The notes: generated by a model from the sequence alone, not told the origin. A DNA stretch of 64,000 bases from Thermoproteota archaeon (GCA_027492205.1 JAOZFN010000008.1:30041-94040), one strand, 5' to 3'. Counted from the stretch's first letter, positions 9,339-20,900 are shown. Numbers and translations are program-made.

Positions 9339-10733
9339 ATGGTCGCCTTGGAGCTGACAGAACAGATCCCGGCGCAGATCAGGCACCTGGCCAGGGGGGT
9401 GAGGGGGCAGGGAGGGCTAATCCTCGTGGCGCTGGGCAACTCTTCGGCAGTCCTGCTGGGGGCGCTGACGTGGCTCCTGCTCGCGAGGCTCCTGACGGTC
9501 GCCGACTATGGGAGAGTCAACTACCTGGCCTCTATCGCCATTTTGGCCTCTGGAGTCGCTTCCCTGGGAATGCCGGCCACCCTGCAGGCATACCTGCCAA
9601 GGGGGGACGAGCACATCTCTTCGGGAGCTGCGCTAACCGCCCTGTCCCTTGGGCTGGCCCTGGGGATCCCCCTTGCGGCCCTTCACCCCACCCTGCCGCT
9701 GATCACGGTGGGTTACGCCCTCTACACGGTAGCCACGAGCGAGAGGCTCGGGAGGAGGGACTACGGTGGGTACGCCCTCCTGCAGGTCCTGAGCAGGCTC
9801 GGGCTCCTGGCCTGGGTCCTCGCGGCCGTCCCGTCGCTCGGCGCGGATGGGGCGCTCCTGGGCTTCGCCCTAGTCAACCTCGCCTCCGCCTCCTGGATCC
9901 TCAGGGGGGTCGCCAGGCCCCGGGAGGGGCTCGCCTCGGTGAGGTCCCACATAAGGTTCTCGCTCGCGGCCCTGGCCATGGCCATGACGTCCTCGGCCGC
10001 CCTGAGGCTGGACAAGGTGCTGATCGGTTCCCTCTACGGGGAGGAGACCCTTGGGTACTACCAGCTCGCCTTCCAGTTCTACGCCGCTATTGCCGTCATT
10101 CCGGCCAGTCTGAGGAGCTACCTCCTCCCAGAGAGGTCTTCAGGCCGGGGAACCCGGAGGGCGGAGCTGATCGGGATTGCCCTCTCGGCGCTCGCGGCCT
10201 GCCTCGGGGCTCTCCTCTCGCCGCTGGTGATAAGGTCTCTCTTCCCCGACTTCTATCCCGAGAGCGCCGCGGCCGCCAGGATCGCCTCCCTCGCGGCCGT
10301 TCCGGGGGCCGCCTTCAGCGTCTGGTCGGCCGGGAAGCTGAGTCAGGAGAGGCCCACCCTGGTCCTGGCGGCCAACCTCCTCTCAATTTCCACCCTCGCG
10401 GCCTCCATAGCGGTCCTGGGAAGGTTGGCCGGGATCCCCGGTCTCGCCGCCTCCCTCCTGGTCTACAGATCCTCCGCCGCGGCCGCCGCGGGCGCGCTCG
10501 ACAGGCTCGAGTCGCGCGGGGCCCTGCTCCCGCGTGGCCAGCGCGGGAGGGGGATGTCTGACCGGGCCGCCTCAGCGGCCGGGGGGAAGTTGGCGGAGGC
10601 CGATGCTGGCCGGCAGAAACCGTCGCGCCGTCCGGGGGGGCCAACCCGGTCCCCCTCGGCGGTCCAGGTATGGGTTGCCGGGGGTGGCCCCCCACCCGGC
10701 ACTCCCCACAAGGGGCCCACCTCGGTCTCCTAG
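9339..10733 (+). CDS. oligosaccharide flippase (Wzx/RfbX family)
   Basis: LARLLTVADYG, RLDKVLIG..G...LGYYQLA, about 12 hydrophobic segments; C-terminal tail may be readthrough. Confidence 0.85.
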   Translation: MVALELTEQIPAQIRHLARGVRGQGGLILVALGNSSAVLLGALTWLLLARLLTVADYGRVNYLASIAILASGVASLGMPATLQAYLPRGDEHISSGAALTALSLGLALGIPLAALHPTLPLITVGYALYTVATSERLGRRDYGGYALLQVLSRLGLLAWVLAAVPSLGADGALLGFALVNLASASWILRGVARPREGLASVRSHIRFSLAALAMAMTSSAALRLDKVLIGSLYGEETLGYYQLAFQFYAAIAVIPASLRSYLLPERSSGRGTRRAELIGIALSALAACLGALLSPLVIRSLFPDFYPESAAAARIASLAAVPGAAFSVWSAGKLSQERPTLVLAANLLSISTLAASIAVLGRLAGIPGLAASLLVYRSSAAAAAGALDRLESRGALLPRGQRGRGMSDRAASAAGGKLAEADAGRQKPSRRPGGPTRSPSAVQVWVAGGGPPPGTPHKGPTSVS

Positions 10734-10745
10734 AGGGCCGGAGAA

Positions 10746-10858
10746 CGTTTCAAAATGTTTCTGAAACGGTACTCCACAAAAGACTTTTAATCAGCCCGCC
10801 TCGGTGGGTCCCACAGCTGGCTACCGCCGCCCGACGGGGCGGCGTAGCCAGGAGGTGA
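10746..10858 (+). promoter_or_regulatory. promoter and structured 5' leader of the probable S-layer gene
   Basis: CGTTTCA-N9-TGAAACG inverted repeat, AAAAGACTTTTAA BRE/TATA, 15-bp hairpin 10817-10851, then GGAGGTGA SD. Confidence 0.7.
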
Positions 10859-10863
10859 AAGAG

Positions 10864-13398
10864 ATGAAGAGATACGCGATATTTGCTGGGGTGCTGCTGG
10901 CCGTCCTGGCCCTCACCATGGTGCCGGGCGGCGTCTACGCGGTTCCCCCCGCGCCCGCAGAGCCCTCCACCGTCTGGAGCGATCCAGCAGATTGGTACAT
11001 GACCGTCCAGGGCCTGCTCGACAGCGACTTCTACGCCCTTTACCCCTTCGAGCACGACAAGAGCCTGAAAATCGGGTTCAGCAAGTACGGCGAGATGATA
11101 AACGGCGTTGAGAACGTTGGCCTCGAGTACTGGACCGTCGACCCCTTCGCCCCGCCGGCGGGCAGCGACCTCGGCAGCGTCCCCAAGAACCTCTGGCTCC
11201 AGGGCTGGCTCATCAACATAACCTACACCCACGTGACGTTCGGAAGCAGGAACGTCTGGGCCATGGCCCAGTTCTCCGACGCCGACTCCTGGGGAGGCCC
11301 CTGGATCAGGGTCGACTTCCCCGGCGACAACGACTCGACCTACGGCCCTGAGGACCCGAGGGATCCCGGCTACATCCAGGACGAGACCCCGTACATGGCC
11401 TCCGGCCTGGTCCACGGCGGCAGGAAGACCAACGGCACCGCCATAACCTACCCGATCAAGGTGCTCTACGCCGGCCCCAGGAAGTTCATAGCGGTCCTGA
11501 CCACCGACCTCTACGACCACATCGGCTACCAGACCGGCGACACCTCCAGCGACGTGCCCCTCGTGAGGATAGTCTTCACCATAATCTTCAACAAGGTCAA
11601 GAAGCAGGTCATAATACTGAAGGACATAAAGAGCATCATACCCGACAAGACGATGATCGGCCAGATGTTCGTCCAGTTCAGCAACAGGGGAGAGGTCGAC
11701 CTGGGCAACGAGGACGTCGGCTACAAGGCCTACGCCCACTTCTACACGGCTGGAACCTGCGGAGCTGAGGACGCCTCGAGTGAAGGTCAGACCACGGTTT
11801 ACGGGACCTCCTGGGAGCTCGGGCAGACGGCCTCCCCCAGCTCGGCCACGTGCTACGGGCCCGAGCCCAACAGCGAGCCGGACACCTTCGACGTGGCCCA
11901 GGTGATCAACCCGAACGTCCAGCCATCCGGAGTGGTTTGGTACGCCGCCTTCTGGCCCAGCCTCTCGGACTGGACCATCGACGGCTGGCCGATGTACTGG
12001 CGCTCCATCGACGCAGGCGACAAGCACTACATCGACCTGGCGACCGCCACGCCGCCCGAGCCGGAGATACCCTACTACATAGGCGAGTGGGACTTCTACC
12101 TCGACGACGTCACGGGCAACAAGGTCCAGTTCAGGGGAGTCACGGTCTACGGGGTCGTGGACAAGCACGACGCCGACGACGCCAACATGGGGGCCGGCCA
12201 CTTGAACGTCATAGACAGGGAGGCCATCAAGTACCTCCTCCAGGAGGTCTTCAACCCGTGGGACCTCAGGAAGGCCCTGAAGAACCCGAGCGACGACGAC
12301 TCGACCAAGCTCAGCAGGTGGGTCGAGTTCTTCACCATCGACGACGTGAAGAACGGTGAGAACATAACGCTGTCCGGGGCGCCGGAGTATGGAGACTGGT
12401 ACGCCTACTCGGACTTCCCGGAGAGGCTCGTGCTGATATGCGACGGCTCGGCGACCCTGCTCGAGCGCGACTCTAACTACACCGTCTATCCAGGGTACGA
12501 GAACATAACGCTACGCTCACCCGTGGTCTCGGCGATGGCCGATGGATGCATCCTCAAGGTGCTCTACTCGACCAAGGAGAACTACGACGGCGACACCTAC
12601 TCCGAGGGCAGGTACGAGTGGATAGTGGTCGGCAGGGAGACCAAGGACGGCAAGCTCGTGCCCTCAGCCGCCACGCTCAGCGCCGCCATAGTGAGCGCCG
12701 CCGTGAAGAACAAGGGCTTCGAGACCTGGTACATGGGCATGGACATCCCGTTCCAGAGACTGCCATACGTCATGTCCAACTTCGGCTCCCCGTACACGGA
12801 CAAGGAGGACTTCTACTTCTACGGCGACCAGGGAGGAAGGCCCGCCCTCAAGGACCACTGGTGCAACCCGTTCGCCCACCCGATCCCCGTGGCCAGCGCC
12901 AACCTCATAGCCATAGGAGGTCCGCTCGCAAACGTCCTGACGGAGTACGTCAACGAGTTCGTGCCGGCCATCTACCTCAGCGGCCAGATAGCCAACGGGC
13001 TCAACGGCCACGTCGACCCCGACCTTGAGGGCAAGGTCCTGGCCAGCACCTGCTGGAGCAGGAACGCCTACAAGAACGAGGGCGACGTCCACTACGCCGT
13101 GATCGCCACCTACAAGGACCTCAACGGCACCGTGATCCTGGAGATCTGGGGCTTCAAGGCCGAGGACACCTACTGGGCCGCAGACTGGTTCCACGACTTC
13201 TGGCTACTCCCAGACTACAAAGAGTATAGCCTGCAGAACATCAAGAGCGGCATAACGGCCATAATACTGGAGCTCGACTACAGCGAGTACTCGACCAACC
13301 ACTACCCGGACACCAGGATAGTCGAGTGGCTCGGCACCATCAGCGAGACCACCTGGCCTGCTGCTGAGATTCAGCAGCCGCCGCACCCCGACCCGTGA
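10864..13398 (+). CDS. large secreted glycoprotein, probable S-layer protein
   Basis: Sec signal peptide MKRYAIF..., seven N-x-S/T sequons, S-layer C-domain-like NLIAIGGPLANVLTEY, strong C-ending codon bias, perfect SD and own terminator. Confidence 0.7.
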   Translation: MKRYAIFAGVLLAVLALTMVPGGVYAVPPAPAEPSTVWSDPADWYMTVQGLLDSDFYALYPFEHDKSLKIGFSKYGEMINGVENVGLEYWTVDPFAPPAGSDLGSVPKNLWLQGWLINITYTHVTFGSRNVWAMAQFSDADSWGGPWIRVDFPGDNDSTYGPEDPRDPGYIQDETPYMASGLVHGGRKTNGTAITYPIKVLYAGPRKFIAVLTTDLYDHIGYQTGDTSSDVPLVRIVFTIIFNKVKKQVIILKDIKSIIPDKTMIGQMFVQFSNRGEVDLGNEDVGYKAYAHFYTAGTCGAEDASSEGQTTVYGTSWELGQTASPSSATCYGPEPNSEPDTFDVAQVINPNVQPSGVVWYAAFWPSLSDWTIDGWPMYWRSIDAGDKHYIDLATATPPEPEIPYYIGEWDFYLDDVTGNKVQFRGVTVYGVVDKHDADDANMGAGHLNVIDREAIKYLLQEVFNPWDLRKALKNPSDDDSTKLSRWVEFFTIDDVKNGENITLSGAPEYGDWYAYSDFPERLVLICDGSATLLERDSNYTVYPGYENITLRSPVVSAMADGCILKVLYSTKENYDGDTYSEGRYEWIVVGRETKDGKLVPSAATLSAAIVSAAVKNKGFETWYMGMDIPFQRLPYVMSNFGSPYTDKEDFYFYGDQGGRPALKDHWCNPFAHPIPVASANLIAIGGPLANVLTEYVNEFVPAIYLSGQIANGLNGHVDPDLEGKVLASTCWSRNAYKNEGDVHYAVIATYKDLNGTVILEIWGFKAEDTYWAADWFHDFWLLPDYKEYSLQNIKSGITAIILELDYSEYSTNHYPDTRIVEWLGTISETTWPAAEIQQPPHPDP

Positions 13399-13420
13399 GG
13401 TATCACAGGGGAACTCTCCC

Positions 13421-13460
13421 CTCCCTTCTTTTCCCTTTTCTCTCTCCACTCACCTTTTTT
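13421..13460 (+). terminator. pyrimidine/oligo-T archaeal terminator
   Basis: CTCCCTTCTTTTCCCTTTTCTCTCTCCACTCACCTTTTTT shortly after the stop codon. Confidence 0.75.
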
Positions 13461-13581
13461 GACCTGGATGCCGGGCCGGCCTGGGCCAGCCGAGAGGGCC
13501 CATCCCCACGGCTCGACCCCAGCTCAATGCGCTGCGCGCCGGCGCGCTCCCACGCAGGCGCATCCGGTGGGCGGAATCCCT

Positions 13582-14748
13582 TCACAGTCCCCTCGCGCCG
13601 AGGATCGGGGCGCCCTGCGAGGACCCGACCACCTCGAGGTACACGGACAGCACCATCCCCGCGATCCTGGACCAGTCGAACTGCCAGGGCGGATCGGCGG
13701 TCACCCCACTGTCCAAGAGTCCGAGGGCCTCCCTGATGGCGGCCGATATCGAGCCGGGCTCGACCGAGTCGATCCTCGCCCAGAGGGGGTACCCCCTCAG
13801 GGCGTCTATGGCCCCGCCCACTGGCGTGGCCGCTATGGCCAGCCCGGCGGCCATGGCCTCCACCAGGGCGAGGCCGAGCCCCTCGGCCCTCGCCGGGTTC
13901 ACGAAAACGTCGGCGGCCGCGAACAGCTCGTGGACCCTGTCCGCGGGGACCCAGGGGAGGACGACGCCCGCCCCCCCGCCCTCGACTATCCTCCTGACCT
14001 CCCCCCTCAGGTACCCGTCCCCCGCGATCACGAAGAAGATATCGTCCTTCTCCCTCCTGAGCCTCGCGGCGGCCAGGGCCAGCTCGAGCGAGCCCTTGAC
14101 GTCGACCAGTCTACCGGCGTAGAGGACTATCTTCGCCTCCTGCGGGAGGCCGAGCCTCTCCCTGATCTCCGCCCTCCTCCTTCGGGCCTCTTGGAACTTT
14201 GTGACGTCGACGCCGCCCGGTATGACCCTGACGCTCCCCGCGCCGTACCTCCTCACGTAGTCGGCCACGTGCCCCGATATTGCGATCACGGCGTCGACCC
14301 TCCCCAGCAGCCACCTGAGGACCGTCCTGTTGAAGGCCTCCTCCAGGAGGCTCGCCCCGCCCCCCGGGTGGAGGGCGTACGTCCCGTGGACGGTTAGTAC
14401 CGTGGGGTAGTCCCCCAGGAGCAGGGCGGAGATCCAGGTGGTGGGGAAGTGGTGGCCGTGGACGTGCACCACGTCGGGGTCGAAGGACCTGACGGCGCCC
14501 ACCAGCCTGTCCGGCCTGACGGGGATTCGGAGGCTCCTCAGGGTCTTTAAGACCAGTCCGGGTGGGGAGACGCAGCGGACCCCCGAGAATGGCGGGCCCT
14601 CGGATAGGAGGCCCTCGCTCCGTTGGCCACAACAGCCCACCACTAGCACGTTGCAGTTCCTCGACAGGGCGCGGGAGAGCCCCCAGACGTGTCTTGCAAT
14701 CCCTCCCCAATCCGGCGGGTAGAAAGGGGTCACCTGGACGACCCTCAA
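13582..14748 (-). CDS. glycosyltransferase family 4
   Basis: FYPP..GG...H, PDVVHVH, AGRLVDVKG, EGLGLALVEAMAAG. Confidence 0.93.
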   Translation of the reverse strand: MRVVQVTPFYPPDWGGIARHVWGLSRALSRNCNVLVVGCCGQRSEGLLSEGPPFSGVRCVSPPGLVLKTLRSLRIPVRPDRLVGAVRSFDPDVVHVHGHHFPTTWISALLLGDYPTVLTVHGTYALHPGGGASLLEEAFNRTVLRWLLGRVDAVIAISGHVADYVRRYGAGSVRVIPGGVDVTKFQEARRRRAEIRERLGLPQEAKIVLYAGRLVDVKGSLELALAAARLRREKDDIFFVIAGDGYLRGEVRRIVEGGGAGVVLPWVPADRVHELFAAADVFVNPARAEGLGLALVEAMAAGLAIAATPVGGAIDALRGYPLWARIDSVEPGSISAAIREALGLLDSGVTADPPWQFDWSRIAGMVLSVYLEVVGSSQGAPILGARGL

Positions 14749-14788
14749 CTCAATCCCCCTCACCCACGACAGATGGCCGCCTAATCAA

Positions 14789-16267
14789 TTATCTCAACCC
14801 CAGCCTGGCCTTAATCAACCCCAACAGGAGGGACCTCCTCTCCAGCTTGTCCGGAAGAGATGCCCTCCCGCTCCCCTGAGCGTATAGGTCTCTCCCCTCC
14901 ATGTATGCCGGGGGGGCCAGCCCCAGCATGCCGAGCGCGGTTGGCGTTACGTCCTCGACCCGGGCGTCCCCGTCAACCTCTAGCCTTTCGGAAGCTATCA
15001 AGACACCATAGAGCTCATGACTCCCCCCACAGACCAGGGGACTGGTCAACTTTCCATCGAGAGTCAGTCCCGGTCGAATCACGAAGTCCGGCTCGATCTC
15101 GATGACGAGGTCAGGTCCCAGCCCGACGCGAGGACCTGAGTATAGGTCTCTCGGATCGTGGATGTCCCTAACTATCTTAAGGCCCTCCCTCTCCCCCTCG
15201 GCCTCAAGGGCCCTGGCGATCTTGAGGGCCTCGCCGCTCATGGGGCTCCAGGGACCCCTCCCCGAGATCGCCACAAACCTGCCGCCTATCCCCATCGTCA
15301 CTCCATCTCTCCCCTGAGAGCCGAATTCCTCCCTGAAGTGCATCGAGACCCCGAGCCGGGAGGCGGCCCTGAGCAGCTTGGGCAGGGCGGCCCTCGCCAG
15401 GCTGCTCGAATCGAACAGGTATCTGCCCAGCCCCGCCAGCCAGGATCCCAGGCCCCCCCTGATTCCAGAGTACAGGCCCGAGTGAATCATCCAGTTGAGC
15501 AGGAGAAGGGACCGCCGCGAGCCGTAGAACCCGTGATCTGACACCACCAGGAGGTGCTCGTACTCTACCCACTCCAGGGCCTCCTCGATCATGGACTCCA
15601 CGGCCTCGTAAGTCATCATCACGTGTGGGCCAGGTTCTCCTGCCATCCAGAAAAGATGGGACGCCCTGTCCGACACGGTGAATACCAGCGCGGCCAAGTC
15701 CCAGCTCCTTCCATCCAGCGCCCTCCTGAAGACCTCAAGCTTCTGCTTCTCAAGGTTTACGGCCTCCTCGATTGCCCTCTCTGGTCTATCTCCGTGAAGC
15801 ACGAAGGGATCGCCCGGGAGGTCGGGTACGTAGCCCCTTGGGATGATCTTATCCTCCCCCGGTGGGAAGACTATCCCACTCGAGGTCGGCGCTGGGAGGC
15901 CTGACACCAACCTCCCTAGCAGCGGCGTCGGCGGCCACGTCATGGGGACGTTCACTACTACGCTCTTCATGCCCAAGTACGAGAGGATCTCCCAGAGCGT
16001 GGGGACCCTGAGGCTCAGGCTCGAGACCAGCCCCCCCTTGCGGTCGGAGAACTGATACACCCCGTGTCTCCCGGGCCCGGTCCCCGTGAAGATGCTGGAC
16101 CATGCCGACGCGCTGTTTGGGGGTATCGTGGATCTGAGCCTAGCCAGGGTGCCAGACCTGGACGCCTCACCCAGCGGCCCATCCGACCTGGAAAGGTAAC
16201 GCCTAGCGGCCTCGTATTCCATTCCATCTATCCCGACGACTAGGAGCCTAACGTTGGACTTCCCCAT
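14789..16267 (-). CDS. alkaline phosphatase/NPP superfamily protein 1 (COG3379-like, Ser nucleophile)
   Basis: VVGIDG, LRSTIPPNSASAW..FTG..PG.HG, DRASH, SDHGF, GSH; no signal peptide. Confidence 0.9.
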   Translation of the reverse strand: MGKSNVRLLVVGIDGMEYEAARRYLSRSDGPLGEASRSGTLARLRSTIPPNSASAWSSIFTGTGPGRHGVYQFSDRKGGLVSSLSLRVPTLWEILSYLGMKSVVVNVPMTWPPTPLLGRLVSGLPAPTSSGIVFPPGEDKIIPRGYVPDLPGDPFVLHGDRPERAIEEAVNLEKQKLEVFRRALDGRSWDLAALVFTVSDRASHLFWMAGEPGPHVMMTYEAVESMIEEALEWVEYEHLLVVSDHGFYGSRRSLLLLNWMIHSGLYSGIRGGLGSWLAGLGRYLFDSSSLARAALPKLLRAASRLGVSMHFREEFGSQGRDGVTMGIGGRFVAISGRGPWSPMSGEALKIARALEAEGEREGLKIVRDIHDPRDLYSGPRVGLGPDLVIEIEPDFVIRPGLTLDGKLTSPLVCGGSHELYGVLIASERLEVDGDARVEDVTPTALGMLGLAPPAYMEGRDLYAQGSGRASLPDKLERRSLLLGLIKARLGLR

Positions 16268-16411
16268 AGCGAGGAGCTCCCACCCACTCACAATTTAAGC
16301 TGCCTCGCCCCTCTGCGCCTCGAGCACGCTCAGCGGGACGGTCAGACGTGCAACGGACGGGAAAGTTTATCTGGCCTCCGTCAGAAGGCCCACCGAGGAG
16401 TCTTGAAGGGA

Positions 16412-17941
16412 ATGAAGGCTCTACTGATCGTGCTGGACGGCCTATCCGTTGAGGTCGTGGAGAGGGGCCTGCGGGAGGGGAGGCTCCCAACCCTCGAGAG
16501 ACTGGGGGGGGTTGGGGCGACGGGCATACTTCGCTCCGCCGTGCCCCCGGATACCGCTGCCGCCATGGCCTCCCTGCTAACCGGGTCCGGCCCCGGGAGG
16601 CACGGGGTCTTTTCTCTCCTCATACCAGAGGCCAGGAACGGGCTGCTCAGGGTGAGGCCGGCCCAATACGCTGACATAAGGGTACCCACCCTGTTTGACT
16701 ACTCCGCCCGCACTCGAACCTCCATGGCGGCCTTCGGGATTCCCCTCCTCAGCCCGGTCCCAGAGCCCCCGGGGGGGTTCGCGGTGCCGGGCTTTGCTTC
16801 GGCCCCCGGGTCGAAGGCCCGGCCGGCCTGGGTCGACGAGTGGCTTGAGGATGCTGGCTTTGAGGACGACGTCCCAAGAAGCTTCTACGGCCTTGATCCA
16901 CACGATCAGGCTCGGATCTTGAGGGAGAGGATGAGGTTGACCGTTGACTTGTTCCTCCAGCTGGTCGAGGGGCTCAAGTCCCCCCCAAGGATCTCCATCC
17001 TCTGGCTTCCGGAGACGGACCGGGCAGGCCACACAATCTGGGATCACCGGGAACTCATGCTGAAAGTGTACGAAGAAGCGGACAGGGTGGTCTCCAGGCT
17101 GGTCGATCACTATGGTCTAGATGAGACCGTCATTGTCGTCACGGGCGATCATGGGTTCACCTCCAGACTCTCAGAGTTCTTCCCGAACTATCTCCTCCTA
17201 AGACACGGCCTCCTCAAGCTCAGGGGAAAGATCCTCCCTGCCCTGAAGAGGATCACATCTCTGCTAGCCGAGTGGCTCGTTGAGACCTCAAGGGCGGTTT
17301 GGAACCTGGCAATCGGCAAGGGGTTCATATCCGAGAGGGAGAGGGAGAGACTGGCCATAAGGCTGGCTAGCCGGCTGGTGTTGGACTACCCAGACATCGA
17401 CCTCTCCAAATCTCTGGCGTTTTCCATCTCAGACCTGGCCCCCTACGGAATGATCTACACCCCCCGGGACATCCTAAACCCACCCGTGGGGGAGGATCGT
17501 CTGAGGGAGGAGCAGGACCTCCTCTCTAGACTTAAGGAGATAGAGGGGCTCGAGCGCTTCGTGGACGAGCTGATACCAGGGAGTCGGGTATATGGGACGT
17601 CCTGTCCCGGGGCACCGGCTATACTCTTCAAGACCGCCAGGGGTTACAGCCCGGTCGGTAGGCTGTCTGCCAGCGTGCGAGGCCCCTCGAGGGCGTCATC
17701 AGGCGGAATGCACGACATTATCTCCCCCATATTCATTGCGGGGCCGGGAGTCCCTGCCGGGAGGCTCGACCGCGTCGTGGGGATAGAGGATGTCTTTCCG
17801 ACCCTGCTATCGCTCGCGGGTCTCCCGCTCTGGAGGGGGCTGCAGGGCAGGCCCGTGCTGGGTCAGGCCGAGGGGGAGGTAGACCTCGCCCGGGTGGCGG
17901 CGAGCAGGGCGATTAGGAGGAGGCTCAGGCCCAGGAGGTGA
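16412..17941 (+). CDS. alkaline phosphatase/NPP superfamily protein 2
   Basis: IVLDG, LRSAVPPDTAAA..LLTG..PG.HG, TDRAGH, GDHGF, GMH; no signal peptide. Confidence 0.9.
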   Translation: MKALLIVLDGLSVEVVERGLREGRLPTLERLGGVGATGILRSAVPPDTAAAMASLLTGSGPGRHGVFSLLIPEARNGLLRVRPAQYADIRVPTLFDYSARTRTSMAAFGIPLLSPVPEPPGGFAVPGFASAPGSKARPAWVDEWLEDAGFEDDVPRSFYGLDPHDQARILRERMRLTVDLFLQLVEGLKSPPRISILWLPETDRAGHTIWDHRELMLKVYEEADRVVSRLVDHYGLDETVIVVTGDHGFTSRLSEFFPNYLLLRHGLLKLRGKILPALKRITSLLAEWLVETSRAVWNLAIGKGFISERERERLAIRLASRLVLDYPDIDLSKSLAFSISDLAPYGMIYTPRDILNPPVGEDRLREEQDLLSRLKEIEGLERFVDELIPGSRVYGTSCPGAPAILFKTARGYSPVGRLSASVRGPSRASSGGMHDIISPIFIAGPGVPAGRLDRVVGIEDVFPTLLSLAGLPLWRGLQGRPVLGQAEGEVDLARVAASRAIRRRLRPRR

Positions 17942-20900
17942 CCAGTGTGACGCAAGGCGCCTAAAAATGGCGAGGTGCACGAGGAAGGCCAGCAGCCCAC
18001 CAGCAACCTCCGGGGCCCCAGGCTTCGGCTCCTCCCGGCTGGTCAATGGCGGGTCTAACCGGATGAGGCTGCCCGGAGTGGGCCTCACCTTCCTTAGAAT
18101 CAGGTACCTGTCGACGACCTCAGGGACTATCTCTACCCCGCCCTCCACGATGACCCTCCTCTTCACGAGGAGGGAGGCTGTGTACGAGAGGAACTCCAGC
18201 CTCCTGGGTTCCTCAAAGACTGTTCTACCCTCCGTCATAACCTCCGGAGTTCTGACGGCCATTAGACCCTCCCCCTCGATGCGTATCACAGTATCTCCCA
18301 AAGAGAACTCGAGCGTCCTCCCCTCAGGGCTCACCACCCAGATTCGAAGGTTCTTGGCGCTCGCCGAGAGTTCACTGGCCTGAATACAGACGTAGAGCCC
18401 AGATCCACACGATCGACCGGTCTCCCCGCCCAGGCTCAGGTTCAACACGCTGAGGGTCAGTCTGTCGGCCGCGAGCCCCGCGGCGGAACCCGGCGCCACG
18501 GTGAGCCGAATGTCCGCCGCCCTGAGGAAGACCTTCCCGACCGGGAGTAGGACTGCCGAACTCGCCGTCAGAGTGGCCGAGTCTGCTCTCAACTCTCCTA
18601 AGTAGCTCAGGGTTCGGACGTTTCGCTCGACCTCTCTCTGCGAAGGCTCTGTTGGCGAAATCGAGAGAAGCAACCCAAGTATTCCCTCGTCCCAGGACCC
18701 CTTGGAGTCCGCTGCGGGGGAGAGCAGCGGCTCCACATTCATCAGGTAAATCCTCCCTCCCCCCACGTCCATGGCCACCACCAGGGGGACCTCCCCCCCG
18801 GTGCCGACGTAGGTCGCCAGTAGCTCCACCCCCTCCCCGGGCCGAGAGCGTGGGACCTCAACGGGCGCAGGCAGGGGGACCTCCTCACCGTCAACGCAGA
18901 CGCTCGTCGCCCTGATCGTGCCTTGAATGGGTTCCAGCATCCGTTCTGAGAAGAACCCTCGTCCGCCCGATCTATAGACCACCACCCTCCCCCCCGACCT
19001 TGCGAAGCTCATCGCCAGGGAAGGGATGGCCCTTTCCCACCCTCCCTCCCCCTCCCCGGTCGCTGGATCAAACGTCAGAATGAGGGTGTGTGACCTCAGA
19101 ATGACACCTAGATCGGGAAACAGGGCGGTCGTCAGCCCCCTCGTGAATCTGGCCAGCAGTCCGAGGAGCCTCAGGGACTCCGGTGAGAGCCCGTCCAAAG
19201 GGACCAACGCAACGACCTCCCCGTCTCCCGACACGGGCGAGTACCTGCTCAGGTTGTAGAGCAGGGCGTTCTCGCTCTCGTAGGCCGGCCTCATGTTCCT
19301 CAGCATGCCCTCCACGTAGGTCCCGCCCATCGGCCCAAGGTCCCTCCTCTTGTCGACGTACAGGTAGGGGTGGGTGTAGGGCGGGGGCCAGTACATCGCG
19401 GCCAGGGTCGCCTCCGGGGTGTAGGCCCTCAGGGTGTCCAGGCTGAAGGATAAGGGCAACACGGACGCGGGGGGGTCGGCGAGCATCAAATCTCTCAGCG
19501 ATCTGTATGTTACCGTGAGGGGATAGGAGAGGGGGTCCCGGTCGAAGATCAGCCTGAGGTCCCTGAGGACCTCTATCTCGGCCTCGCTCGGGGCGCTCGA
19601 TTTGGCCAGCTTCCTCAGACCCGCGGTTCCGGCAAAGGCGGGGACAGCCTCCAGCACAAGCGTTGAGACCATAAGGGCGGCCAGGACAGCCCTCAACCTA
19701 CCTCGACGGCCCCCTTCACCCCCCCCGGGGGGTCCGGTCAGGAGCAGCTCTAGTCCGCCTGCCCACGCAAGTACCGCCAGCAGCTTGATGAGGGGGATCA
19801 GCCTCCACTCCCAGAACCTCGTGAAGAAGAACATTACATTTACAAGAGATACGAGTCTGCCCAGGAGAATGACCCCGACGAGCAGGCCAAGTATCAGCTT
19901 GGAGCGGTCATCCCCCCACTCCAGGTGGGCGCTGACGGCCAAGGGGAGGGCCGCGCCAACCAAACCCAGCAAGACGGGGTACTGATACCAGGGAACCACT
20001 CCAAGCTTGTTTGCCCATCCAGCCCCCTCCCCCGCGGTTGCCCAGAGTATCAGCCCGGAGACCTCGAGACCGAACAGGGCGGAGAGCAGCAGGACTGCCC
20101 TCTTGCCGCTGGTCACCCCCCTGATGATCGGGGCCCCTAGACCGGGTAGCGCGTAAGAAAGGGACAGTATACCCAGCATGGCTCCCAAAACGATTATTTC
20201 CTGCCAGCTTACCGTGTAGAACGGGAGAGCGGTATCCAACAGGATCTGCGCGACCGCCGACATCACTAGACCTGCGGTTATACCGAGCAGGGTTGGCCTG
20301 AGGTCTCTCCCCTTCTGGGAGAGGAGGGAATAGGCGGCCAAGGGTCCCGCGACCGCCACAGCCTCCCCCACGTGGGTGAGGTAGAGACCCGCGACCGCGG
20401 CCGCAATCATGGGGGTGAGGGCGCGCCTCAACCTTCTTCCGGAGAGGAGAAGCCAGATGAGAAAACAGAACAGCATTAGCCCCATGTACCTAGAGTCGTA
20501 GACCACCCCAAGCTGGTATACGTTGAAAGGAGTGGCCCTAAACACTGACACGAAGAAATCCTCTCCCCTGAACGCCACCCTCACCCACTCAAGACCGTCG
20601 GTGAGGAGCGAGACGTCTAGGAGGGCCGCGGTGAGCAGCGCCACCCTCTCCGACCGGAGCAGGGATCTTGCGGTGGAGTACAATGTAATGGGGGCTAGCG
20701 CGCTGACCGCAGAGAGGGAGAGCTTGACAATCTCGTCTCTTCCACCCGAGAACGCAATGAGGGCTCCCAGGTGGGCCCTGAGGAACGGGGGATACGTGGT
20801 CAGGAAGGGGAGTGGATTCCCGTAGATCTGGGGAGACCGCCAAAGAATCACGGAAGCCACGTAGTGCCTTGTCATATCGAGGGAGGGGAGATAGGCAAGT

